64,000 nt of DNA from Takakia lepidozioides (lineage: Eukaryota > Plantae > Bryophyta), in the NCBI GenBank assembly GCA_030704615.1, contig CM060733.1:40114001-40178000 (forward strand), read 5' to 3'. The notes beneath the pieces were generated by a model, which ran no database searches, was not told where the DNA came from, and saw nothing but the letters and a program-made list of their open reading frames with translations. The position numbers and the translations under genes were made by a program. Positions 12,301-25,037 of this stretch are shown piece after piece (within the stretch, counting starts at the first letter, position 1; the number at the start of each line of letters is the position of its first letter).

Positions 12301-14329
12301 TCGTATTCACTATCCACCTAAGACAGGTAAGAAGAACTGTGACTGCAATACTTCATAATGAAGGAATGAAAATCCCCTTTCAGGTTTAGATGCCGGACAA
12401 TGAGGATTATAATGGCAATCCTGTGTAACCCACCGTCTGCCAGGTTCACTAAATGATGTTGCTGCGACTTAGGGCAATTCACCATGACAAGTTGTGGCCT
12501 ACCAGCTTCACAACTAGCACTAAATATATCATCATGGCTTGAAACTCCTGTGGATACATATCTCACAATTTGATCGTCTTTCCAGTCTAGGAAACTTATA
12601 GCAGGAGGAAGACGTTGCATTAGTGGCACAGATGAAAGCAAACAAGTACCTCAAGCTTGCGCATCTTTGCAACATTTTCTCTCAATCGAGCTTTGGTGCT
12701 GTCCAATGTCTTTTTGACCTCCTCCAGTTCTTCATGCAATCTACATTTCTCATTCTCCAGGGCTGAGGACTCGGTCTTTGCAGTATGAAGCTTTTCATGC
12801 AATGCAGAAAGGGACGCCTCCAGATGTTGAACGTTTGCCTGTCTCAAAAAAGAGAGGTTGGCTACTGAAACGATGAATGCCACGGGAAAAATAGAGAGGA
12901 AGAAAGAAAAAAGACAAATTTGTTAAATGTGCGGGAAGGCCCATGGGACAGATGTGGCAAAAGGGAAGCATCAGCACCAGAAGCAATAGTCACATGCATA
13001 TTTCTTTCCCTTCCTACAATCTTCCTCCAAAATCACCAATTCCAAAGGAGAAGAGCAAGGTGGCAAGGTGGCTCTCAATAACACCATCCACACAGCTCCA
13101 CAACTAAGAAGTTGTTGGCCACCACATGTGGTCCTCTGAAACCATGCATCTTCAATGAGATTCATTCACCCCTCCAGTCAGTCATTCATATTTAGAGTAC
13201 TTGTTGTCTCTCTGGCTGCAAGAAATCATATCCAGCAAAAATGAATGATCACCACTGATAGCAACAGCAAGCAGATGCAACTTAGTTTTAAGTGCTACTA
13301 CCTTGCCTTTCGCCATCTCCACAAGCTTCAATTTAAGAGCTTGACAATCCGCATCCCTTTCAGCAAGGAGCTTCTTCTGCTCTTCTGTTTTCTTTAGCAC
13401 TTGAGCCTCCATCTCTGAAAAACGTTTCTCAGCCATGCCTTTCGCCATCTCCACAAGCTTCAATTTAAGAGCTTGACAATCCGCATCCCTTTCAGCAAGG
13501 AGCTTCTTCTGCTCTTCTGTTTTCTTTAGCACTTGAGCCTCCATCTCTGAAAAACGTTTCTCAGCCATGCAACCTTCTTGTTCTCTTTTTAGCTTCTCTC
13601 TCTTCAGTTCTTCCTCAAGACCTGTCATGCTGGTCAGTGCCTGTGAGCACATATCTGACCATGTATTTTTCTCCCTCTCCATGTCAGCAAGTGACCCCTG
13701 ATTTGCCTGAAGCTCTTGCAGCAGATTCACTTCCCTACGATTTTGCATTTCCCTATCCTGCACCAGACAGGAGAGTTCTGCCCTCTGCATCTCCTGCGAC
13801 AGCCCCACTCTCAACAACTCATGTCCATGGCCATAGTTGCCACCTTGCTCGCCTCCTGGCCGTATCTCAATCACAAACTGCCGTCACACAAATCACATAC
13901 TCTTAGCATTGTCAGCATAGTTCTGAGAATTTTACAAACTGCACTTACCTTTTCTTGAAAACCTGAGTACTTTAGTCACTTGCTAAATACATGTGAAAAC
14001 TATGGAAACCATGGTGCAGAGTGATCAATATACTAATCAATTTACTTATCAAACAATTATAAGCACAGCGGGAGCAGGAAGAATCCAAAGGATACAATAC
14101 TTCAGTTCAAATACGCTACCGGCTCTGCTGACGGAGTCGTAATCACCACTCGTTTTTTATTAGGATATTCAGAGCCAGATTGCTGCATAGCTGGTCCCAG
14201 ATCAACAGAAACATTTGCTAGGTGCTGGTTCTGGGCTAGAGGGGCACCCCATTGTGTCCCCAATAACATTTGCTCTCTCTCTCCTTGACGCAGACTAATA
14301 CCAGGGGTTCCCCTGTTTGGTTGCACCAC
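6327..14329 (-). CDS. Uncharacterised long coiled-coil protein (>1300 aa), multi-exon; 5' start and last exon(s) uncertain
   Basis: Phase-0 GT-AG exons stay in frame: 14329-14120, 13877-13302, 12838-12650, 12317-12159, 11652-10999, 10053-7990, 7486-7400, and probably 6545-6327. The sequence is E/K/L/Q-rich with a heptad pattern. No globular domain was recognised. Confidence 0.7.
6776..6981. repeat. 69-bp tandem repeat x3 (23-aa unit AKEILNLPMQEIQCHQKPQVWTQ on the minus strand)
   Basis: ccaaacttgggg recurs at 6781, 6850 and 6919. Confidence 0.95.
8350..9910 (-). repeat. Intra-exonic repeat array: three ~105-110-aa modules (EESN...KRLEE), two with a ~65-aa extension
   Basis: MVEMTRERDSCQTALDECK occurs x3 and KKEFQEALQ...VLVKERNSAQLE occurs x2 in ORF 7963-10053. 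Confidence 0.95.
13304..13569. repeat. 132-bp in-frame tandem duplication (44 aa), present only in copy A
   Basis: MAEKRFSEMEAQVLKKTEEQKKLLAERDADCQALKLKLVEMAKG occurs twice. It is single in copy B (~31052-31186). Confidence 0.95.
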
Positions 14330-17329
14330 CTGTGGGGAAGGATAAACATGTCAGTGGGAACTGTAAACTCAACTCAACTCAAACAATTCCTTAACTTTTT
14401 CAGAATACAAGTACCATTACAACAGTGCACGCTACAGGATGTAACATAGAGTTCCACAAAAGCACTGCTACCATATGCACACAATAGTCACTTGGTCAAA
14501 GCCCAGAGGAAGGGAGAGAGAAGCACACTGTGCAAAGGGGGTTCGGGGGCAAAGACAGACGCACTTATTAGAGGGTTCCTGTGCACCTTGGCTTCGGGTT
14601 ATAGTCCTACAGGATACCAAACCTCCCAGAGCCAGCTGTGAAGTTTCAGCCCACAAACATACACAAACTCAGCCTTACAACACTGGCACGTAGTCCATGA
14701 CAAGCTGATTGCAGGGGATTCAGTGTTGAAGTAACAACTGCTACAAACTTCATGCTAGAAAACCAAATGAGGACTCAAACATTTGACACAGATACGACGT
14801 GTGTAGCTGTGGCTTCACATTGTGCTTGAGAGAGGAAAGATTAAATCAGAGGAAATTATAACACCCAACAGAAGTCCAATGAGCTTATGGGGAGTCCTGT
14901 GGAGACAGAAAGGAAGAAAGTAAATAAACGATAACATCCACAGATGCCCACAGGTCCCAATTGGGTGATGCTGCCACTCCCACTGTTTCAGAAAAGGGCA
15001 GAAGGAAGGATATAACAAGACGCCTTTATGCAATGATGGAATATTTGGATTCTTCAATGTCAACTTCATGTGCGAATGAGTGTCTTGATTTATAGACTTG
15101 GTTCAGATAATCAGAAGCTTCACCCTCTCCTTGATTCACCAAGTAAAAAAATACTTTTTTGCCTGTATTAAATTACAGGCCTCCATTGCTCTCTTTGACA
15201 AATCCATGCATTTGAATCTTGACTAAGGTGTGGCACGACAGGCATGGATGTAGATGGAAACAGGAAAAGGGTAGAGTGGAGAGGCAGGGGAGCAGCTATG
15301 GGAAGGGCATGCTCTCCGAGGTGGGATTAATCAGAACAGGAAGGTGAAGAGGGACAGGGATGGGGTTCTGGAAGGCTAAGCTGCAGCATCAACTTGCACT
15401 GGCCTATCAACCAGGATTAGCCATGCCAGACACAGACCCTGCCTGCAGGGGGGCCTTTTCCTCAGAGAGGGCGTACCTCACGCTGGTGAAGCCAAGAGTA
15501 AAGAGAAGAGAGAGAAGGTAAGCTGCGAGAGAGGAGGGAGAAACTAAGGAGGCCAACCACCAGAGGGCCTGTAGGATACGGTAGAACTAGAACCAAAACC
15601 AGCATTGTTTTAAGGGGTGTGGGAGCCAAGGAGCTCACGAGAGAGAGGAAAGAGACTGGTGTGTGCATATGTGTCTTAGGGGGCGGAAAACCTCATGTAA
15701 AGAATCCGTTTATCCTCTTAAGAAATTGCCCTTGCATTCACTCCATACATATATGCATCGTGAAAATGGAGGAGAGAGACTGAATGACAAGTTTCAGCAT
15801 TACAAATCGAGCTGATGCTCCTATATGCTTGCAAGTGATGTGAGGCAGTGGAGGAGTTTGGCGGGGGAATTTAGCAAAACCACATTCGAGATTGTCAGGT
15901 CCCGGTTCTATGCGCGATAGCTTTTATAAACAAACGTTTAATCTCTACTGACTATCCAAACTGCTTCGAATCCAAACGAAGAATTTCTATACCACCATTC
16001 CCAACCCAACGCTTCGAGACAGTCTGAGCAGAAGTATTACCCGGCGCTGTTCTGGCACTCTCCCCGCCATGCCTTCGTTCCGTTTTCCTTTGCTTCTTCC
16101 TGAATCCGGTCGAGTTGAATCACGACCCCACCAATGTATTGCACAACACAAGCGTCCGACACGGATTCTCTCCTAAGCTGCTTCTACCTGAATCCACATT
16201 ACTGTAATCAGGCATACACGCCACAGGCACAGCGTGAAACATATCATACTCCCACAATCTTCCCCTCTCCCCTCCCCTGCCTTGTTTCTCCCGAAACAAA
16301 GTAGAAACGTTGTTCCAAACAAATCACACGCCCCTCCCACACTTCCATCTCTCCCCTGTCCGATGCTTCAACGCAGAATTCGGCACAGAAATCATGGTGG
16401 ATCCCTTCATCGGTTCACAATCTCCTCCCTCGCAATTCCTTCCGAATCTCCGCGACAACTCTTCCTCGACTCTCTTCGATTTTGTGGGACGACCGGCGCA
16501 GCCATCGACACGACCTGTTGGTCACCGGCACCTGCCAATGCGATAGTGTTTTCGTCCGTGCAGGTAATTTTCCTATCCGAGGTCCTCGGGCCTCGAATTG
16601 ACTTGCCTTAAATTTGCGACGGCGCACGTGGCAGTTACACTATGGGTTTCATGCGATACATTCTACTAGCGCACATCGTAACCCCCCCACCCCATGAAAA
16701 TCAAGTCTGTGAGAGCTGAGGTTGTCAAGCACTCTGATGTCCCTCCAAGTTCTTAGATACGTGGACAAGCGGAGATTGTCGCACAACTCTTGGATTACTT
16801 GCTTTGGCTGGCATCATCATGCTTGGCCCTCGTATTGTTGCAGGCCCAGATCAACACCAAATCCACTATTGAATTTATCCTGTCATTGTGTATACAGCAC
16901 CATGTCACCAGTGAAAATGTTTGAAAGATATTTGGTGCATAATAATCTTGCGCTACAAAGGACTACATAAAGATAGAGTTGCTTTCTTGGAAAGTGCTAG
17001 TCAACGATATATTACATAGACTTGAAGACTAAGGGCATTATCAAAATCCCCAAGTCTATGCTACCTCTACACCTCTCCCCTCCTGTAATTCAACAGTTGT
17101 AATCCTTTGTCGACTTCCCTAATTCTGGCAGTTACACTCTTATGCACCCAACAACTTCTTGGCCTCCTCCCGCATTTCACAGAGGCAACAAAACAGTGCA
17201 ATTGATAGGGTGGATTCCTGTTAGCCTACGTGCTTATCTGAGAGTGGGCTTACTTTTCAGACTCCCAGCTTAGCCTTCACATCTCTCGAAAAGGGACAAG
17301 TAATCGTTTGCAAAACTTGAATTAGATGG

Positions 17330-17673
17330 CATAGGAAGGGAATGCAGAATCACATAAGAAGAGAATGTACTCATAAGCATATTTTGACGTAGCCCTGTGG
17401 CCATAGACCCTGCATCCAGTTTGGGCGGAACAAGAATAAACAGACACTAGCTTTGTGAGGGGCTCACCCCAGTAGTGGGACTTGTCTTGATATAACAATT
17501 GGTTTGGCCTTTCCAGATCTCTGGAAAGCCCTTCACACAAGCATCAATTTGCTGTGGGTGATCTGCCCAGCAGTTAGACCCTAAAAGGGCAAGGGCTTTA
17601 GGCTTAGCCACAAGATTTAGAGCAGGGACTCACTGAAGAGGGTTGCTCTCTGGTGAGAATACCCTGGACATTT
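17330..17673 (-). mobile_element. 5'-truncated non-LTR (LINE) 3'-end fragment, dispersed family
   Basis: The reverse complement matches 38555-38840 and 53923-54200 (gtattctcatcagaga, attgatgcttgtg, ccactactgg..tgagcccctcaca, gggtctatggc). Confidence 0.7.
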
Positions 17674-17870
17674 GGCCTGCTTTAGCCTCGGGCGGCTGGG
17701 AAGACGAAAGGCAAGCGCACGTCTCCGCCCCTACGGCCCGCAGCCGATATGGGTCGGACCACCTGGTCGCGGCTCCTCTTCCACGACACCCGGACTCCTT
17801 CAGGCTGTCTGCATATCGAGCTTTGACAATCTTCTTTTCACCTCTGCATCTGTTTATTGTTCAAAGGTAG

Positions 17871-18419
17871 TGTCACATCTCCTTGCTCCAAATCAAATCA
17901 AACTGAAATTCCAAACGGCTGTAGACAGTGGGCCCCACCAAGAGCCTTCCACTGGCTCTATTACAGACGTAATTTCACAAAGGTCCATCACAGAGAGTCA
18001 CTTTATTCACTCGTACCTCCCAACCACCGCACCATGCATCTCTATTCCCTGTGTCCCCTCATCGTCATCATTTCATATCCTCTCCTAGTCCTCCTTTCTA
18101 ATTCAGCCTCTTTCAAGGACCTGCAAGCTATCTATAAAAGCACTGTACCGGGCTGCTCTCCCGGTCCACCCAACCGCCGCACCATGCTAGAGTATCTCAT
18201 CAGGCTAATCCAGATCGCTCAAGCCTGTCATGCCGTCATCCAACGCCAGCCATCGTTCTCTTGATCTCCCTTTGCACTCTGCCTTTTTACGTCTGCCAAA
18301 AACCCCTAGCCTTTGATCATCTTCATGCTCCTGAGCTTGCTTCACTTAACTTGCAGCGATATTCTAGCAGTCTCTTGTCACTCCGAACTCGTTGACAGGT
18401 TCGTTCCTGGCACCTAACA
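17871..18419 (-). mobile_element. Solo LTR (549 bp) of a family related to the adjacent Ty3/gypsy element
   Basis: TG...CA ends, with a 5-bp TSD GGTAG at 17866-17870 and 18420-18424. The reverse complement begins tgttaggtgcc and shares gactgctagaa, tagcatgg and ggaccgg...ccggt...gtgctttt blocks with the neighbouring LTR. Confidence 0.9.
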
Positions 18420-18429
18420 GGTAGACTCC

Positions 18430-19140
18430 TGTTAGGTGCCTTGAACAAAGATCGAGACCTGTCGACCAGTTTGGCGAAGCAAGTGACTGCTAGAAGACCG
18501 CCGAACTGACAGTTGCAGGTCGAATGGAGCAGGCTCGCGTTCACGAACAGATCCACGATTAGGGATTTAAAAAAAGTGGGCTTGGAGATGGCAAGAGTGG
18601 AGAAGAGAAAAGAATGATGGTGTACAGGCATCTAGAGCAGATCTGTATTGACAGGAAACTAGCGTAGCATGGCGTGGTGGCTGGGCGGACCGGACGTAGC
18701 CGGTGCTGTGCTTTTTGGTGAGCAGAAAAGAGGTCGTGAGAAGAAGAAAAAGGATCGATCTGCACTGGTCTATGGTGATAGAATGTGTTGATGCACGGTG
18801 TGGTGGAGGGGCGGACTGGACATCGTAGTCCAGTACTGTGCATAGATAGAATGGCATGAGATGAGTACATAGGTTGACAGGGAGATCTTTTGAACAAGGA
18901 ATCAGGCCAGAGTAGGAGTGACGATCACTTGATCGATCTGTGAATTTGTAAATGAGGGAAGTGGAATAAGAATAGGGCCTTGGCTGGAATTCAGATATAG
19001 ATGAGAGTCCGGTTGAAACAAAATCCCGAGCAATCAGTTTTCCTTGGAGTTTTGGTAAATTCCCTGTGAACAGCAAACCAAGCAAAGCGCCTGAAATTTT
19101 GTCATAGTTGGACAAAGAAAAGAGAGTCAGATCCTTTACA
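18430..19140 (+). repeat. 5' LTR (711 bp)
   Basis: tgttaggtgcc...atcctttaca; near-identical to 23858-24516. Confidence 0.97.
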
Positions 19141-19142
19141 AG

Positions 19143-19154
19143 TGGTATCAGAGC
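19143..19154 (+). promoter_or_regulatory. Primer-binding site complementary to the tRNA-iMet 3' end
   Basis: TGGTATCAGAGC lies 2 bp after the 5' LTR. Confidence 0.95.
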
Positions 19155-19219
19155 TGGTTTGCGATCGGGCAGAACAGATTGTGGATTTCGCAATTTCGAG
19201 AAGTAGGGTAATCGTGTGA

Positions 19220-22200
19220 ATGAGCCAGATCTCGTTCGGCTCTGTGAGCACGCAACCTGGTGACGACGATCAAGATAGTGAAATGGCTGGAGATCGTGAG
19301 CGCTCAGATGCGGCCAGTCTGCACCGAGCTTCAGATCGCGAACATGGAAGTCAGTTATTTTCCCAGCAGCAAATGGAGGCCTTAGGTACTTTGATTCGAT
19401 CTGAGATACAGAAGTTGGCCCCTGCACAAACTCAAACTGACAAGCGATCTAGGGAGCTGCCTGTGAGTGAGCCACTGAATGAGGACGAATCTGAGGCTGA
19501 CTCCCATGAGGCCAAGATGAAAAGAAGCAAGGATGTCACCAGGGAGATCAGAAGATTGGTGAAGTTGCCAGAATTCTATGGTAAGCCATCTGTCAAGCCT
19601 GAAGAAATATTGTCTTTCTTGGATACCTTAGAAGAGTTCTTTGAGGACGATTATTCAGAGGAAGCCAAGATACAGACAGCTGCTCTACAGCTCCGTGATG
19701 CCGCCAAGCTATGGTGGTCGCGTCAAAAGCAGGAACGCCGTGAATACAAGAAACCATCTGTGGATAGTTGGGCTATGTTTAAGACACTGTTCTTAGCCCA
19801 TTACCTACCTGGCGACTATGCACACAAGATGAAAGTTGAATTGTTCAGATTGAGACAGGAGACTATGAGCGTGGGAGAGTTTAAGACGAGATTTGAAACC
19901 CATGCCAGTTATTTCCCCTCGTTGAGTGAAGAGGACAGAGTTGATTTTTTTTTCAATGGTCTCAGTGATTCTCTCAAATTTAAGGTCAAAGCCCACAACC
20001 CTCGTACAGAGGCAGAAGCATATCGTTTGGCCTGCAATTTTGAGAATGAAGTAAGGGCACAACGTTCTTCGAACTTTGCCCGTGGCATGGCCGAGTTCAA
20101 GCCTAGATCATCTGGTCCTTGGCAGTCACCAGCGAAGAGAGGGAATTGGAAGAGATTTAAACCGTTTAAGAAGGCGGGGGATCAAACTATACGGAGACCG
20201 CCAATGAGGGCTCCCCCAAGGCTCAGTTTCAAAGAACAGGAAGAACACAGGCGTAAGGGTTTGTGTTTCTTGTGCCATGAACCTGGACACAGAGATGCTG
20301 AGTGTATGAAGTATCCAAATTCTCGTCAGGCTCGACAGACAGCCGCCTTAACAGTTGAAGAACCTACAGAACCTTATGTGGTTGTTGAAACTGGAGAGAA
20401 ATCAGGACAAGAAAATGGGAAAGGTCCTAATGTGCGGGTTTCTGCAGCTATCATTGGAGACCAAATAGAGCATGACCCCAGTGTGATACGGGTTCATGGG
20501 AGAGTGGCTGGAATTCCCACTCAAGTGCTGATTGATACTGGCAGCACTCACAACCTGTTGTCAAAGGATTTTGCTAACAAATTGAGACTAGTTCAAGAAG
20601 ACATGCAACCCTGTCAAATCTTGTTACCAGATGGTGGCGTGGATTCTACGCACAAACACATCCCAAAGGTACCAATGGACATGCAAGGAGTACGGACTAT
20701 GGCTGACTTCGAGGTCTGGGAGGGAGCTCGGTACGACTGCATCCTTGGCATGCGGTGGCTGGATCCGGTTGATGTTGTGGTGTCTTGCAAATCCGGACTG
20801 GTTAGTGGTACCTTGCCCAACGGGAAGGGATTCAATATCAAAGGTATTAGAGCTCTTCCCAATATACCTGTTTTGTCAGCTATTCAAATGAAGAGATGTA
20901 TCCGAAAGGGAAATGCTCAGCTTTTTGCTGTTAGCTTGCATGAGATCTTGGAAACAAATCAGGGAGAAGGGAAGTCACATCCCAGACTTAGCCTGGTCCT
21001 GAATGAATATAAAGATATGTTTCCTGATGAGATCCCTGGGATGCCCCCTGAACGGGAGGTTGATCATGCAATCGAGTTGATGTCAGATGCTGTACCGGTT
21101 GCAAGGGCACCGTACATGCATTCAATTGCAGAAAATGAAGAATTAGAAAGGCAGTTGAATGACTTGTTGGAAAAGGGGTATATACGTCCTAGTAAATCCC
21201 CTTGGGGTGCCCCTGTAATGTTTAAGAAGAAGAAAGACGGAACTTTGAGACTGTGTGTGAACTATAGATGGTTGAATAAGGTCACCATCAAGAATAAGTT
21301 CCCTTTACCTCGTGTGGACGATTTGTTTGACTATTTATATGGGAGTCAAGTTTTTTCAAAACTTGATCTTCGGTCTGAATATCATCAGATACGGATCAAG
21401 AATTCTGATATACCAAAGACAGGATTTCGATCTCGTTTTGGTCATTATGAATTCTTGGTGATGCCATTTGGGCTCACAAATGCTCCAGCAACATTTACTT
21501 ATCTGATGAACTCTCTGTTCCAGAAATATTTGGGGAAGATGGTTTTAGTCTACATGGATGATATACTAATATACTTGAAGTCTGAGGAAGAACATGAACT
21601 GCATTTACGCTTGGTTTTAGACATACTAAGAGAGAACCACCTGTTTGCTAAGAGAAGCAAGTGTGAGTTCTTTGTAGACCACATGGATTACTTGGGATTT
21701 TGTATTTCCAAAGATGGAATTTCAATTGATCCTAAGAAAGTCCAGACAGTGATTGAATGGCCTAAACCAAGTGATAAGACTGAGGTCAGGAGCTTTATTG
21801 GGTTTGCTAGCTTCCTACGGAAGTTTGTTAAATCTTTTTCACAGATTGCAACCCCATTGACTGACCTGCTTAAGGACTCGAGTCCTGTAAGCTTGAAGGC
21901 TGTTTGGACAAGAGATTGTGATAACAGTTTCGAGAAGTTGAAGTATGCCTTAACACATGCTCCTGTACTGAAATTGCTCGATCCTACGAAAGGAGCAATA
22001 GTACTGTGTACTGATGCAAGTGATCTTGCTATTGGAGCTGTGCTGATGCAAGATGGGCAAGTGATTGCCTATGAATCTCGAAAGATCAGTCCAGCAGAAA
22101 AGAATTATCCCGCTCATGAAAAGGAACTATTGGCAATAGTTCATGCTCTGAAGATATGGAGGCATTACCTGCTTCCAGTTGATTTTGTGATAGAGACTGA

Positions 22201-23863
22201 CCATCAGAGTTTAAAATATTTGACCACGCAACCTCATTTGAGTCAGAGGCAGATCAGGTGGTCAGAACTGCTTCAGCAGTTCCATTATGACCTAAAGTAT
22301 GTCAAAGGGAGAGAAAATGTGATTGCTGATGCACTTTCTAGGAGACCATTACACGTTAATGTTGTCTCATGCGTCAGTAGCACTATATTTCAAGACATTA
22401 AAGGTCAGTATGAGGTCGATGAATTCTTCAAAGAGCCATTAAAGAGTTTGTCTTGTGATCAGAGAACTTCTATTGAGAAAGAGAAGTACCGGCCATACCT
22501 CTTGAGAGATGGGGTGTTATTTTATAATGGTCGGCTTTGTGTTCCCCTGATTCCAGACTTGAGATTGCGCATTATTCATGACAGTCACAATATTCCAATC
22601 TCTGGACACCCGGGCTTTCAGAGAACCTATTGGTCAATACGGAAGCACTATTTTTGGCCGGGTATGAAGAGAGAAATTAAAGAATATGTGCAGAAATGTT
22701 TCCCATGTCAGGTTTCGAAGTCAGAGAGAGTCAGACCTCCTGGATTATTACAACCATTATCTGTTTCTGGATGGAATTGGGAGTCCATTAGTATGGATTT
22801 CATTGTGGCATTGCCCAGGACCAGAAGTGGCCATGACAGTATCATGGTGGTTGTAGATAGGCTGTCTAAGATAGCCCACTCGATACCTACAAGGAGATGT
22901 GCTACGACATCTGATGTTGCATCCTTGTACATGAAAGAGATATTCAGGATCCATGGTCTGCCTCGGGAGATTATTTGTGACAGGGACTCAAAGTTCACAA
23001 GTCATTTTTGGATTGACTTGTTTAAGAAATTGGGAACCAAGGTGAAATTGAGTACGGCCTTTCACCCAGAAACAGATGCCCAAACAGAAAGGACCAACCG
23101 TACAATTGAAGATATGTTGAGAATGTACGTTGGTGAAAGACAGTCCTCTTGGGAACAATATCTGTATATGGTGGAATTTGCTTATAACAAGCATTTCCAC
23201 AGTGCCATTGGCATGAGCCCATTTGAAGCTTTATATGGACGAGATTGCTTAGCTCCTGCTTCGCTTATCACACCACCATCAAATGTGCAAAGCGTGAATG
23301 ACAGAATCAAAGAGATCCACTCTGTCCTAGATCTGGTGAAGCGTATGCAGGCTGCACAAGAACGGGCCAAGTTCTTTGCTGATAAGCGTAGGACTTTTCG
23401 TGAATTTGCCATTGGTGATATGGTGTTTTTGAAAGTTACACCTAAAAGAAGCAATCTAACACTAGGCAAGTGTTATAAGTTGTCACCAAGATTTTGTGGT
23501 CCGTTTAAAATCCTGGAACGCCATGGCACAGTGGCCTATGAGTTGGATCTGCCTCCAACATGGAAGATCCATAAAACTTTCCATGTCAGTCTTCTTCGGA
23601 GGTATATGTCGGACTCATCACACATCTTGCCGACGTTGCCTCAAGCCATGAATGATGGTCAGCTGATGGCTGAACCCGAAAAGATTCTAGAAACGCGAGT
23701 AAAGCACCTGCGCAACCGTTCTTGGAAAGAACATTTGATTAAGTGGTTGCATTACCCAGAGACAGAAGCTACTTGGGAGAAGGAAAAGGAATTGACATTG
23801 AGTTACCCCTCATTTTCTGTCATTGAGGACAATGACCTGTCTTTGGGAGGGGGAGTTTGTTAG
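19220..23863 (+). CDS. Gag-Pol polyprotein (gag, CCHC, protease, RT, RNase H, integrase, chromodomain), 1547 aa
   Basis: [14 protein letters not shown]; LIDTGST; YMDD; [12 protein letters not shown]; H..H/CFPC and D,D,E integrase; C-terminal EPEKIL...[15 protein letters not shown] chromodomain. The stop codon lies in the first bases of the 3' LTR. Confidence 0.97.
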   Translation: MSQISFGSVSTQPGDDDQDSEMAGDRERSDAASLHRASDREHGSQLFSQQQMEALGTLIRSEIQKLAPAQTQTDKRSRELPVSEPLNEDESEADSHEAKMKRSKDVTREIRRLVKLPEFYGKPSVKPEEILSFLDTLEEFFEDDYSEEAKIQTAALQLRDAAKLWWSRQKQERREYKKPSVDSWAMFKTLFLAHYLPGDYAHKMKVELFRLRQETMSVGEFKTRFETHASYFPSLSEEDRVDFFFNGLSDSLKFKVKAHNPRTEAEAYRLACNFENEVRAQRSSNFARGMAEFKPRSSGPWQSPAKRGNWKRFKPFKKAGDQTIRRPPMRAPPRLSFKEQEEHRRKGLCFLCHEPGHRDAECMKYPNSRQARQTAALTVEEPTEPYVVVETGEKSGQENGKGPNVRVSAAIIGDQIEHDPSVIRVHGRVAGIPTQVLIDTGSTHNLLSKDFANKLRLVQEDMQPCQILLPDGGVDSTHKHIPKVPMDMQGVRTMADFEVWEGARYDCILGMRWLDPVDVVVSCKSGLVSGTLPNGKGFNIKGIRALPNIPVLSAIQMKRCIRKGNAQLFAVSLHEILETNQGEGKSHPRLSLVLNEYKDMFPDEIPGMPPEREVDHAIELMSDAVPVARAPYMHSIAENEELERQLNDLLEKGYIRPSKSPWGAPVMFKKKKDGTLRLCVNYRWLNKVTIKNKFPLPRVDDLFDYLYGSQVFSKLDLRSEYHQIRIKNSDIPKTGFRSRFGHYEFLVMPFGLTNAPATFTYLMNSLFQKYLGKMVLVYMDDILIYLKSEEEHELHLRLVLDILRENHLFAKRSKCEFFVDHMDYLGFCISKDGISIDPKKVQTVIEWPKPSDKTEVRSFIGFASFLRKFVKSFSQIATPLTDLLKDSSPVSLKAVWTRDCDNSFEKLKYALTHAPVLKLLDPTKGAIVLCTDASDLAIGAVLMQDGQVIAYESRKISPAEKNYPAHEKELLAIVHALKIWRHYLLPVDFVIETDHQSLKYLTTQPHLSQRQIRWSELLQQFHYDLKYVKGRENVIADALSRRPLHVNVVSCVSSTIFQDIKGQYEVDEFFKEPLKSLSCDQRTSIEKEKYRPYLLRDGVLFYNGRLCVPLIPDLRLRIIHDSHNIPISGHPGFQRTYWSIRKHYFWPGMKREIKEYVQKCFPCQVSKSERVRPPGLLQPLSVSGWNWESISMDFIVALPRTRSGHDSIMVVVDRLSKIAHSIPTRRCATTSDVASLYMKEIFRIHGLPREIICDRDSKFTSHFWIDLFKKLGTKVKLSTAFHPETDAQTERTNRTIEDMLRMYVGERQSSWEQYLYMVEFAYNKHFHSAIGMSPFEALYGRDCLAPASLITPPSNVQSVNDRIKEIHSVLDLVKRMQAAQERAKFFADKRRTFREFAIGDMVFLKVTPKRSNLTLGKCYKLSPRFCGPFKILERHGTVAYELDLPPTWKIHKTFHVSLLRRYMSDSSHILPTLPQAMNDGQLMAEPEKILETRVKHLRNRSWKEHLIKWLHYPETEATWEKEKELTLSYPSFSVIEDNDLSLGGGVC
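23845..23855 (+). promoter_or_regulatory. Polypurine tract
   Basis: GGGAGGGGGAG lies just before the 3' LTR. Confidence 0.9.
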
Positions 23864-24516
23864 GTGCCTTGAACAAAGATCGAGACCTGTCGACCAGTTT
23901 GGCGAAGCAAGTGACTGCTAGAAGACCGCCGAACTGACAGTTGCAGGTCGAATGGAGCAGGCTCGCGTTCGAGTGGAGAAGAGAAAAGAATGATGGTGTA
24001 CATGCATCTAGAGCAGATCTGTATTGACAGGAAACTAGCGTAGCATGGCGTGGTGGCTGGGCGGACCGGACGTAGCCGGTGCTGTGCTTTTTGGTGAGCA
24101 GAAAAGAGGTCGTGAGAAGAAGAAAAAGGATCGATCTGCACTGGTCTATGGTGATAGAATGTGTTGATGCACGGTGTGGTGGAGGGGCGGACTGGACATC
24201 GTAGTCCAGTACTGTGCATAGATAGAATGGCATGAGATGAGTACATAGGTTGACAGGGAGATCTTTTGAACAAGGAATCAGGCCAGAGTAGGAGTGACGA
24301 TCACTTGATCGATCTGTGAATTTGTAAATGAAGGAAGTGGAATAAGAATAGGGCCTTGGCTGGAATTCAGATATAGATGAGAGTCCGGTTGAAACAAAAT
24401 CCCGAGCAATCAGTTTTCCTTGGAGTTTTGGTAAATTCCCTGTGAACAGCAAACCAAGCAAAGCGCCTGAAATTTTGTCATAGTTGGACAAAGAAAAGAG
24501 AGTCAGATCCTTTACA
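23858..24516 (+). repeat. 3' LTR (659 bp)
   Basis: Same as the 5' LTR except that it lacks 52 bp (18543-18594) and has about two substitutions seen by eye. Confidence 0.97.
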
Positions 24517-25037
24517 ACTCCCCGCCCAGAGTTTAAACTCAAGTCATAGGCAAAGGAGATTCTCTCTACCTCGAGCTTCAAGGGAGAAGTTGTGGGAGGA
24601 TAGCGCTCCACTAGAGGTGGTTGTACACTGACCGACTGTTAAGATTTACTTATGTGGCAACAAAATGTCAGCACTCATTTTCTCCTGCTGAAAATATGTG
24701 TAGAAGCTGCAGGAAGTCAAATGTCTGACCCAAAATAGGAATTACAACAATTTCGATTCTCGAGAAAATGAGAAAGAAACAAGCCTCTTACCGTTGCCCT
24801 TGTACTTGTTATACAGCTCAGTGAGCTCTGTGTAGTTGGTCTGTGTCAACCCCACAGCCTGTCACCTATTAATCATCTCTGAGATCCTTGATTCTACTGA
24901 GTGAAGCCAACCTGTGCCCTTCGCCAAGGTCCCTGTACCCGGACACCATTTGCATCCAAGATTTCAATCAGAGCTGTTGTCATTAGATTCGCAAGCGGAG
25001 CTTAATGAAAGACCCCTTTGCATCACATGTGAAACTA

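Larger units (their letters stand above)
5114..16397 (+). repeat. Segmental duplication, copy A
   Basis: Co-linear, highly similar to 26906-37456, from acaatcttcgcatttgcaactc to cggcacagaaatcatgg. Confidence 0.95.
18430..24516 (+). mobile_element. Full-length Ty3/gypsy chromovirus LTR retrotransposon
   Basis: LTRs 18430-19140 and 23858-24516 (TG..CA). TSD ACTCC at 18425-18429 and 24517-24521. PBS, PPT and a single gag-pol ORF are present. Confidence 0.98.

Noticed and set aside
18323-19427. Minus-strand ORFs of 102-286 aa over the 5' LTR, mirrored at 23820-24611
   Set aside because: They lie antisense within the LTRs, recur only because the LTRs are duplicated, cross element boundaries and show no domain.
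21100-23100. Substitutions at normally conserved pol residues (NYRWLNK, LRSEYHQ, TDAQTER, IAHSIP) suggesting hypermutation or trans-mobilisation
   Set aside because: A handful of changes over 4.6 kb is compatible with the ~2 substitutions seen between the LTRs, so ordinary post-insertion decay is sufficient.
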